Source: Myxococcales bacterium
Lineage (GTDB): Bacteria > Myxococcota_A > Polyangia > Polyangiales > Polyangiaceae
Direction: 5' to 3'
Length of the DNA stretch: 24,955 nt
Assembly: GCA_043747615.1 (NCBI GenBank)
Contig: JAYTOU010000004.1
Span: 1-24,955, forward strand
Of the stretch, positions 8,501-14,581 are shown one piece after another; position 1 is the first letter of the stretch, and each line of letters opens with the position of its first letter. A model generated the notes under the pieces. The model did not search any database and was not told the origin of the DNA. It saw nothing but the letters and a program-made list of their open reading frames with translations. Made by a program: the position numbers and the translations under genes.

Positions 8501-11281
8501 GACAAGAGCGTCTTCACGATGAGCACCGTTTTCGGATTCTTCCCGAAGGAGGCCTTCGAGAATCAGGCCGGCCTTCCGGTGTCCGACGAAGCACGCGCGC
8601 GCATCGAGGCCCCGAGCGAGTTTTTCGTGGACCTCACGGAGCGCCCTGCGCGCTATTGCGATTCAGCGCCGCGTCTCGCCGGACCGATGCTGCTCATGCT
8701 CGACCGCGTGACCGGCTACTGGCCGGAAGGCGGACGCGCCAAGCTTGGCTACCTCCGCGCAGACAAGACGGTCGATCCGGACGAATGGTTCTTCAAAGCT
8801 CATTTTTTCCAGGATCCGGTGCAGCCAGGCTCGCTCGGCATCGAAGCGATGTGCCAGCTCTTGCAGTTCTACATGCTCGAGCGCGACATGGGCGCAGGTC
8901 TCGCCCATCCGCATTTCGAGCCGGTGATGCTCGGCCGCGCGGTGACCTGGAAGTACCGCGGACAGGTCGTCCCGAAGAACCACACCATCATGACCGAGGT
9001 AGAGATCACCGAGGTCGGCGAAGACGAGCGCGGGCGCTTCGCGATCGCCGAAGCATGGCTGTGGGTCGATGGGAAGCGCGTCTACCACGCGAAGAATCTG
9101 GGCATGCGGATCGTGGCGGGGACCAAGGCGCTCTTTGCGTCGCCGCCCGCACCGGTGGAGGACTCGCTCGATCCCGCGAAGGACACGTGGCTCGCCGATC
9201 ATTGCCCGACGTGGACTCTCCCAGCGCTCCCGATGATGTCGATGGTGGACCGTATGACCCGCGCCGCCAAGGAGCACGCGGGTCGCGAGGTTACGTCTCT
9301 CGCAGACGTGCAGGTGCGCCGCTGGCTACCGTTTCCGGATGGAGCGGTGCGGCTTCGGACGGACGTTGTCGCTGACGGTGAAGACCTTTCTGTAACCTTG
9401 CTCGCGTGGCGTGAAGCCTCGGATCCTGCGCTCTCCCGCTTCGAGCCCGTCGCCACGGCAAAAGCTCGCTTGTCCCGATCGCCTTCGCCCCCCGCGGCGT
9501 TCCCGGCGCTCGCCGATGCCGTCCCGGCTGCGAGCCCTTACACGACGGGGAGTCTCTTCCACGGACTGGCGTTCCAGTACATGACGGAGCTCTTCATTGG
9601 ACCTGCCGGCGCATCCGGCGTGCTTCGAGCAGAGCTCGGCACCGTTCCGCGTGGTCTGCTCAATCAAGGGCTCCTCGACGCGGCGACGCATGCGATTCCT
9701 CACGATGCCCTGTGGCAGTGGTCCGCGGACATCCCGCGCGACCAGGTTGCCTATCCGTACCGCATTCCCGAGATCCGCTTTTTCGCCCCGCTTCCCGACG
9801 CGGGCGAGATCCGTTTGGAAGCGCGTTTCGCCGGGTTCGACGGGGATCCGCGCTTTCCGGTCGTCGACATTCAGCTCCTCTCCGAAGGTCGCGTGCTCGT
9901 CGCATTTCGGCTCGTAGAAATTCTCCTTCCGAAGGGACCACTCGGTGCGGCACCGCCCGAGGCTCGGCGCGCTTTCCTCCGTGACCGGCGCCACGTTCCG
10001 GGGGTCGCGCTCTCTCGGTTCGATGGCACCACCACCACCCTCGACGACGCCGTGATGCGGCAGAGCGACTGGCTGCCTGGGAACGTCGCGCGGATCTACG
10101 GCGTGCCTGTCGCCCGTCGAAACGAGCTCCTTGCCGAAGTAGCGGTGAGAGAGCACGTTGCGCGCCGCGCCTTCGTGCATCCTTCGACTGTCGTCGTCGA
10201 GCCAGATTTTACGGGTGCGCGCGCAGCCGTCCGTCCGCTCCGACGTCATCCGCTGCACGTCACGCGGGGAGCGGAGTCGATCACCGTGGTCGACGCCGCG
10301 CCTCCGTCGCAAGACCTCGCGCCCGTTCGCGCGTACTGGCGCGATCACATCGGCATCGGCCCCTGGCCTATCGAAGACCTCTACTACGGTCTCATCGAGC
10401 GCTTCGTCGGCGACGTCGTGCTCGACGATGCGGAAGCCTTCGCGAAGTTGCGTGGCCGAAGCTGCCTCTACCTCGCGAATCATCAGGTGGGGATCGAATC
10501 GCTACTCTTCAGCGTTCTGGCCTCCGCGCTCTCCGGAACGTCGACTGTGACCCTCGCCAAAGCCGAGCACCGCACGAGCTGGCTGGGGACGCTCATCGCT
10601 CACAGCTTCGCCTACCCTGGGGTGACCGATCCCAACGTCATCACTTTTTTCGAGCGCGAAGACCGCGAATCGCTGATCAAGATCGTCGGGGACATCGCCG
10701 TTCAAATGCAAACCACGGCCAAGAGCGCGATGGTCCACGTCGAAGGAACGCGTTCGCTCGCCGCTCGCCAGCCCGTAATCAAGATGAGCTCGGCCTTCAT
10801 CGATATGGCGATCGCGGTGGGCGCGCCGATCGTTCCCGTGCGTTTCGTTGGCGCGCTTCCGATCGAGGAGCTCACCACGCGCCTCGAATTTCCGGTGGGC
10901 TTCGGTCGCCAGGATTGCTGGATCGGTCGTCCGATCATGCCGGCTGATCTCGCCGCGTTGCCCTACAAAGATCGCAAGACCGTGGTGATCTCTGCCATCA
11001 ACGGCCTCGGTCCCGATCTCGCGAGCGAAGCACCCGCCGACGCGAATCCCGCGTTCGGTGCAGTCGTCGATCGCTGGATCACTGAGACCGGGGCGACGCC
11101 CGAGAACGCCGTCCTCTTCGCCACGCTAGCCGCCGTCATCAACCCGACCGAGGAAGTTCGCGCGCTGTGCGATGGCGCACGCACGGGGAAGCTCGAGGTC
11201 GGGCAGGATCCGCACGGCCGGTGGCTCGGAGAGCTCGCTCGTCGTCTCTACGGTCCGCGCGGGCCTCGCGTCGAGAGCTAA
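2558..11281 (+). CDS. pfa3: PUFA synthase subunit Pfa3 (PfaB/C-like fusion): KS-CLF-AT-(pseudo-DH/FabA-DH)x2-PKS-type DH-AGPAT
   Basis: KS triad DAAC (Cys codon 3164), ECHATGT and KSNLGH. The second KS-like domain has SAEE in place of DAAC (CLF). AT motifs GYSSG (Ser 5420) and AAH. FabA-type DHs GHFKNDPCMPG and AHFFQDPVQPG. PKS-type DH WLADHCP/LLDAATH. Acyltransferase blocks NHQVGIE, HVEGTRS and PIVPV. This matches the established myxobacterial Pfa3 layout. Confidence 0.93.
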   Translation: MSFEPIAIVGQACTLPGALTPTALWDNVVARRSCLSRVPAERWRLAPSIAMGTTENATDRTWSDMGGYVHGFESVFDPTGFALDADEVRALDPVFQWSLHGVREALRMMGHDSPRGLERVDGPCSRVGLVMGNLSFPSSGMVRYAESVWIDAQAAGVLRPDAAARAGISRPNARNRFSSGLPAHLTARALGLGGGAFALDAACASSLYAIKLACDRLHDRTADVMVAGAVNSADDLFIHIGFCALAAMSRTGQSRPFHRDADGLVPAEGAGFVALQRLGDALAAGRKILGVIRGVGLSNDGRGRGLLAPSEEGQERAMRLAYASAEIAPSDIGMIECHATGTVVGDATEVRSTARVFEGCSGVPIGSLKSNLGHLITASGAAGLMKVLAAMESGRRPATLHADEPIDALVGTPFRLLREAEEWTGPRRAALSAFGFGGNNAHLIVEAWDGKAATPVRASAAPTDRVAIVGIGARVADGDGTRDFTRALFAGAPRLAPRATVTVALDGVKFPPRDLSQTLAQQLLVLEAAREASVGVSLPRERTSVLVGMGCDPEVARYGVRWRLAQWAEAWAKESGGVVDPAWLASAQDSFQSGLQAAGVVGTMPNIPANRISSQLDVGGPGFTVSAEEASGLAALEIAARALRAGEIDAALVGAVDLSHEIVHQSALEALGHSRAPGDAAVVLVLKRLADATRDGDPIYALLGGEKTASLVLGTAHAATDLGGVFGNAHAATGLLHVAAAAIALRHGARPNVGGPAMPWFGERAVDVCISVLEAPAALLRLEGRDTSPFVSEAVPRLHVFSGADQKSALAALAAGREGDAGSARLVIVAGDEAELALRADRARRWLDGGGPAPEGVAFRASPIQGQTAFVFTGAAAAYPGMGRDLTLAMPELADAVHARCSEMDASTAWLYGPGDGSPKHPLDQLWGTSYVCQLHAELSQRVFGLRPDATIGYSSGESNALFAMGAWSDLDAMIRETRGGAIFTRDLVGAFDAPRRAWSRAGSHGTKWLNFSVAGPIDDVRAALADEPLVHITIVNTRESCVIGGEAVACERVVKYLGSDRALPLGYDIAAHCPEVAEIRDAWWQLHRRVTRDVPGVRFYTNATGSSFLPTPEAAADAITGQALGTLDFPRVIEQAYADGVRVFLEHGPRGLCSGWIKRILGDRDHVAVPLDVAGRSGVRQAMNAAAWLVSAGVTLDMAAFEKLASVAQKPSGAVLTLPAHPPAPRIPTIETGPQVMEKAPWLPPVMEEVASPIPVETRTIVTHAVAPPSRPMAAPLALVPARTHSVPSTSFTDMLSRMTAHQAQLAGVHRDFLAQQAEVHQRFLALRQTSEAALLHAYARASRPSPSRARAPVALPVPTLPKVASIPTAAAPVRAAAVGLPGPKFDRAQLEVLAGGKISSVFGPLFEPQDGYRRQVRMPEPPLLLADRVTGIDAAAGSMGTGTLWTETDVLLGSWYLDDEGRMPAGVMIEAGQADLLLISWLGVDLLNRGERVYRLLGCELTYHGGLCAPGDTLVYDIHIDGHANQGDIRLFFFHYDCRVNGVSRLTVRHGQAGFFTDEELANSAGVLWDCANEKCNSDAPLDPPAVACTKQRFDASELRAFAEGRPFACFGPGWEYTQAHVRSPGITSGEMLFLREVTAFDPKGGPWGRGYLRAETPVTPDDWFFGGHFKNDPCMPGTLMFEGCLQAMAVYITALGFTVDRDGWRFEPVPDQKYPMRCRGQVTPTSKHLTYEVFVSEVVAGPIPMIYADLLCTVDGRKAFHAGRVGLQLVPDWPLNHWKQLGPATSQLTAEPVALRKLGGLRGYVEPKPVAEVDGFKFDYTSLIACAWGPPSHAFGPFYSAFDGTRRVARLPSPPYHFMSRVTFLDAPLGGMKQGSTIEVEYDLPTEQWYFDQNGHPTMPFCVLMEAALQPCGWLASYVGSARTSEIDLLFRNLDGTGAFTEEILPVGGILRTKVTLVSISQTAGMIIETFKVEQFIGDKSVFTMSTVFGFFPKEAFENQAGLPVSDEARARIEAPSEFFVDLTERPARYCDSAPRLAGPMLLMLDRVTGYWPEGGRAKLGYLRADKTVDPDEWFFKAHFFQDPVQPGSLGIEAMCQLLQFYMLERDMGAGLAHPHFEPVMLGRAVTWKYRGQVVPKNHTIMTEVEITEVGEDERGRFAIAEAWLWVDGKRVYHAKNLGMRIVAGTKALFASPPAPVEDSLDPAKDTWLADHCPTWTLPALPMMSMVDRMTRAAKEHAGREVTSLADVQVRRWLPFPDGAVRLRTDVVADGEDLSVTLLAWREASDPALSRFEPVATAKARLSRSPSPPAAFPALADAVPAASPYTTGSLFHGLAFQYMTELFIGPAGASGVLRAELGTVPRGLLNQGLLDAATHAIPHDALWQWSADIPRDQVAYPYRIPEIRFFAPLPDAGEIRLEARFAGFDGDPRFPVVDIQLLSEGRVLVAFRLVEILLPKGPLGAAPPEARRAFLRDRRHVPGVALSRFDGTTTTLDDAVMRQSDWLPGNVARIYGVPVARRNELLAEVAVREHVARRAFVHPSTVVVEPDFTGARAAVRPLRRHPLHVTRGAESITVVDAAPPSQDLAPVRAYWRDHIGIGPWPIEDLYYGLIERFVGDVVLDDAEAFAKLRGRSCLYLANHQVGIESLLFSVLASALSGTSTVTLAKAEHRTSWLGTLIAHSFAYPGVTDPNVITFFEREDRESLIKIVGDIAVQMQTTAKSAMVHVEGTRSLAARQPVIKMSSAFIDMAIAVGAPIVPVRFVGALPIEELTTRLEFPVGFGRQDCWIGRPIMPADLAALPYKDRKTVVISAINGLGPDLASEAPADANPAFGAVVDRWITETGATPENAVLFATLAAVINPTEEVRALCDGARTGKLEVGQDPHGRWLGELARRLYGPRGPRVES

Positions 11282-11291
11282 CTCAGAGCGC

Positions 11292-12050
11292 TCAGGCGGA
11301 CTCGAGGTCGGCCACCCACGTGCGTCGGGCAATCGCAGGATCGCCGATCTGCCGAACGCCGCTCGACTCCGTGGGCTCCGCGAATTCGCCGTTCCTCTGC
11401 CGCGCGGCAGAGAAGATTTCCCGGTAGCGTGCTTTGAGGCGCCCACTGGAATCATCTTTCATGCGCTGGAGCCATCCGCGGCGTGCCGAGCCGTAGGCGG
11501 CCGGCCCAATTCCGAGCTCGCCGAGCACCATAGAGAGCTCGGAGCGCGACGGCTCCGGACCGAATCGCATCATGACCGCGGCGATCTCCGCGAAGCGATC
11601 CAGCGTGATCCCTTCGATCGGATCGAGGGTCTTCAGCTCGGCGGCACGCACCGAGATCCGAGCGATCTCGCGCGAAGCCACGACGCTCGCCTGGCGAAAC
11701 TGCTCGATGAGACGGATCTCGAAGGTGCCGTCCGCTCGCACTCCGAGCTCGGAGTAACGGGCTTCGAAGTAGCGCTCTACGAGCAACCAATGCTCCCAGC
11801 TTACGAAGTCGGACTCGGCGGCGATTCGCTCCTTCGGCATTCCGCCGGCAAAGGCCTCGTGTATCTGGGAACGTCTCGTCCAGAAGCCGGCGGCGTCTTC
11901 GGCGCGGAGTCCGCCGAGACCAAGCCCACTCGACTCGCAACTTTGCACGAAGGCCTTCATCTGGCCCCACGCTGCGGGGATAGGCTCGGGTTTCGCCTTC
12001 GGCACGCTCGAGCCTCTGAAGAGTCTGGCCAACGTTTGCATCAGACCCAT
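11292..12050 (-). CDS. Hypothetical cytoplasmic protein; helical C-terminal domain resembling DUF6620-like myxobacterial repeats
   Basis: 252-aa ORF filling the gap with a natural amino-acid composition, converging on pfa3 with a 10-bp gap. The segment DPIEGITLDRFAEI...LGI...GWLQRMKDD resembles a pattern recalled from memory; the family assignment is unverified. Confidence 0.72.
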   Translation of the reverse strand: MGLMQTLARLFRGSSVPKAKPEPIPAAWGQMKAFVQSCESSGLGLGGLRAEDAAGFWTRRSQIHEAFAGGMPKERIAAESDFVSWEHWLLVERYFEARYSELGVRADGTFEIRLIEQFRQASVVASREIARISVRAAELKTLDPIEGITLDRFAEIAAVMMRFGPEPSRSELSMVLGELGIGPAAYGSARRGWLQRMKDDSSGRLKARYREIFSAARQRNGEFAEPTESSGVRQIGDPAIARRTWVADLESA

Positions 12051-12074
12051 GTGGACAACCTAAGCAAGCCCCGG

Positions 12075-12095
12075 ACCACTAGAAAACTAGGTGGT
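12075..12095. other. Imperfect inverted repeat ACCACTAG-AAAA-CTAG(G)TGGT; possible operator or hairpin
   Basis: 8-bp arms with one bulged base and a 4-nt loop, in the intergenic region 24 bp upstream of the 12050 start and downstream of the PLC-like gene. Confidence 0.35.
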
Positions 12096-12197
12096 ACGCG
12101 TGATCCACCCGCATGTTTGTGCGAGGAAAAAGAGGGCGCGAGGGCATCGGGCGCGTGGCTAGGGGCGGAGGCTGGATCGAGTCGCATTCAGGCGTGG

Positions 12198-13019
12198 TTA
12201 CTTCGAGACCTGAGCGCCGTAGGTTCCGTCGTCATTGCCGACAGTGCCTTCGTTTCCAAAGCGCCGCGCCGCCGAGCGCAATGCCCAGGTGGTCACTACG
12301 CCGGTGCGTGCCTGGCGAGCCTTAACGAAGTCGCGCTCGTGTGCGCGTGCGAAGGTCCACGAGAGCGGGAACGTGTTCCGTCGGTAGGTCACGCCGGGGT
12401 AGGCCTGATGAAAATCCGCAGCGGTCCAGCCCTGGCTCACGCCGACGTAGTCCACGGGATTGTCGCGCTCCGGATCGCTGTAGTTGACGGCGCTGTAGTC
12501 GGGCTCCCAATCCTGGAAGGCCATGATCTCGAAGTTGTCCCAATCGGAGGGGCTGCTCTGGTGATAGACCAGTAGAGCGTGGGCCGGCACGCCCATGTCC
12601 TGGACGTAGTGCAGAAGGGCGCCGAGAAAAAAGTACGCTCGCCGCGTATGGCCCGCGCGGTACTCGTCGAGAGCGTGCGCCCACATCAGCTCAGGGCAAC
12701 TGGCGCCTTCGTTGTTTCCGCCTACCTCGATGCGCAGCGCTTCCATTTCTGCGTTCTTCTTGGGAAGGTCGTGAATCTCGGCGTTCGACCCGTTGATGAT
12801 GTCCTGACGGTACGCGCCGATCTCGGGATACTCGTCCTTGAGCTGATCGACCGCGTACTCGGCCAAGTACGCGTGCGCGGGGTGAAATGGATTGCCGCCC
12901 GCGCTGTCCCACGCTTCCTCGGCCTGCGAGTGCTGCTCATTTGAATCGGTGCCGGCGCTGCAACCAAACGACGCCGCGGAGACTGTCGATACGAGGAGGA
13001 GGAGGAGGGGCTTGCGCAT
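12198..13019 (-). CDS. Zn-dependent phospholipase C / S1-P1 nuclease superfamily lipoprotein (273 aa)
   Basis: Start reassigned to the ATG at 13019, which gives a signal peptide with lipobox (MRKPLLLLLVSTVSAASFG-C). W37-DSAGGNPFHPAH resembles the Trp1...His N-terminus of Bacillus PC-PLC and Clostridium alpha-toxin. LGALLHYVQDMGVPAH is the H-x3-D-x5-H zinc motif, with a downstream FE. Confidence 0.82.
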   Translation of the reverse strand: MRKPLLLLLVSTVSAASFGCSAGTDSNEQHSQAEEAWDSAGGNPFHPAHAYLAEYAVDQLKDEYPEIGAYRQDIINGSNAEIHDLPKKNAEMEALRIEVGGNNEGASCPELMWAHALDEYRAGHTRRAYFFLGALLHYVQDMGVPAHALLVYHQSSPSDWDNFEIMAFQDWEPDYSAVNYSDPERDNPVDYVGVSQGWTAADFHQAYPGVTYRRNTFPLSWTFARAHERDFVKARQARTGVVTTWALRSAARRFGNEGTVGNDDGTYGAQVSK

Positions 13020-13241
13020 GAGAGCCACCGTATGCGCGTTGTATGCCACACGTGCACACATGTGCGCCTCGTGCGATTTCAGGCACTTAGGGCCCTTTCG
13101 GGGGCGGAAGTGGACAGTTTCATTCGTTATGCTGGAGAGGAAAAGATCCGCCCTTAACAAAATTAAACTCCTTGTCACCTCTCCGCGTTCTGTTAGTACC
13201 GGCCTACATTTACCCACTACGGTTCTGCGGGGAGGTTCCGG
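13020..13241. promoter_or_regulatory. Divergent promoter region with an AT-rich tract; candidate sigma54-type -24/-12 element on the minus strand (13048-13033)
   Basis: 222-bp gap between divergent genes containing CTTAACAAAATTAAAC. The minus strand reads TGGCATACAACGCGCA (GG-N10-GC). A GGAGG RBS lies at 13231-13235. Confidence 0.4.
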
Positions 13242-13775
13242 ATGAAAATCATCGTATGTTTTGCGGTCAGCGCGCTCGCCCTCGGATGCGGAGCATCGCC
13301 CGATGAAGCGGCAGGAGACTCGAGCGAAGAGGCCCTCTCGAGCCACGCGCCGAGCCCTTATGCGCTCCAGGCCGCCGGAATTTACGAGAACAGCGACACG
13401 CGCGCCGGCGCCCTGACGTCGATCGACCTTCACCCCGATGGCACCTACGCGGCGGTCTGGAATAGCGGCTTTCATCAGAGCGGCCGCTACACCGCCGCAG
13501 CGAGCCGTGTGAATCCGCTTCCCCTCACCATGCGATCCGGGAGCCACTCGTGGGCCGCCCAGGTCAACGTCATCACCGGCGCGCTGAGCTCCGGTTCCGC
13601 GAGCCTCCAGGTGCGCGGCGGAGTCATGTCCGAGGGGGCGTGCGACACGACCGCGGGAAGCTGGACGGACGACGACGCCGATGTAGCAACCGGCCTCTAC
13701 TGCGTGTGCCCCGCGCCCAAAGTGCTCATCTGGAGCGCCGGTGGCTGCGTAACGAAGCACGGTAAAACGCCGTAG
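13242..13775 (+). CDS. Hypothetical lipoprotein with a C-terminal Cys-rich, Asp-rich module
   Basis: GGAGG RBS 6 nt before the ATG; lipobox MKIIVCFAVSALALG-C; C-terminus CDTTAGSWTDDDAD...YCVC...GGC. Confidence 0.8.
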   Translation: MKIIVCFAVSALALGCGASPDEAAGDSSEEALSSHAPSPYALQAAGIYENSDTRAGALTSIDLHPDGTYAAVWNSGFHQSGRYTAAASRVNPLPLTMRSGSHSWAAQVNVITGALSSGSASLQVRGGVMSEGACDTTAGSWTDDDADVATGLYCVCPAPKVLIWSAGGCVTKHGKTP

Positions 13776-13846
13776 ATAGAACGCGCAGAGCGCTACCCCC
13801 CCAGCGAGGATCCAAAGAGCTCTGGACCGCCGGTGTCCAAGCGTCG

Positions 13847-14575
13847 ATGAGCGAGCCAGCCTGGCGAATGGTCGTGATCGCGTTCACGGTTTCCGTGGTC
13901 GCGCTCGTAGCGATGCCTGCCAGTGCGCAAGGCCGCTCGCACGAGTCGGTCCCGCGAACGCTTCTTCGTGACACGCCGTGCCCGGGGTGCGTTGCCTCGA
14001 TTCCTGTGGGGACGGAGCCGGTCCCGCTGATAGTCGCCCTCCACGGCGACGGCGAGAGCGTGGATCCCGTGCACGATGCGTGGGAAAAGCTTGCGGCTCC
14101 GCGCGGCGTAGCGGTTCTCGCCCTGGCCTGTCCCAAGCAACTCGGTTGCGGGGGGAGTTTCTGGCGATGGAATGGCGCGCCGGCGTGGATCGATGCACAA
14201 ATCGCGAAGCTCGCCGATCGAAGGCCGATCGCGCGAGACCGCCTGTGGCTGGTCGCATGGTCAGGCGGAGCGTCGTACGTGGGCTACCGAACGCAGGAGC
14301 TCGAGCGCACCTTCGCAGCGATCGTCATCCACGGCGGTGGAATGCCACCCGCCGAGAGTTCCTGCAGCGACGTCAAGGCGAGCGTGTACTTCCTCGTCGG
14401 AGACAGAAACCCTCTGCATGGCTTGAGCGCGCGCCTCCGCGATCACTACGTGCAATGCGGCAATGACGTTACGTGGGATCTCGTTCGGGGAGCCGAGCAC
14501 GGCGGCGAGTGGCAGGCGCTCGGCACGCACGGCGACGCCATTGTCGATTGGCTCGGGACCAAGCGACGCCGCTGA
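13847..14575 (+). CDS. Secreted alpha/beta-hydrolase (esterase/phospholipase-carboxylesterase/PHB-depolymerase-like)
   Basis: Signal peptide ending ASA-Q; LIVALHGDG oxyanion region; nucleophile elbow AWSGG; FLVGDRNPL; catalytic His in GAEHG. The start could instead be the ATG at 13868. Confidence 0.8.
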   Translation: MSEPAWRMVVIAFTVSVVALVAMPASAQGRSHESVPRTLLRDTPCPGCVASIPVGTEPVPLIVALHGDGESVDPVHDAWEKLAAPRGVAVLALACPKQLGCGGSFWRWNGAPAWIDAQIAKLADRRPIARDRLWLVAWSGGASYVGYRTQELERTFAAIVIHGGGMPPAESSCSDVKASVYFLVGDRNPLHGLSARLRDHYVQCGNDVTWDLVRGAEHGGEWQALGTHGDAIVDWLGTKRRR

Positions 14576-14581
14576 CGCACC

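Noticed and set aside
11172..12575. 467-aa plus-strand ORF spanning two minus-strand genes
   Set aside because: It lies antisense to better-supported genes, overlaps the pfa3 end and has no domain signature.
12993..13008. (GAG)n trinucleotide run, and a (GGC)n run near 15483-15498, as possible phase-variable repeats
   Set aside because: Short in-frame codon runs encoding signal-peptide poly-Leu and linker poly-Pro; slippage would not shift the frame.
13020..13760. 247-aa N-terminal extension of the PLC-like ORF in the ORF track
   Set aside because: It overlaps the plus-strand lipoprotein gene, which has a good RBS and lipobox; the ATG at 13019 gives a proper signal peptide.
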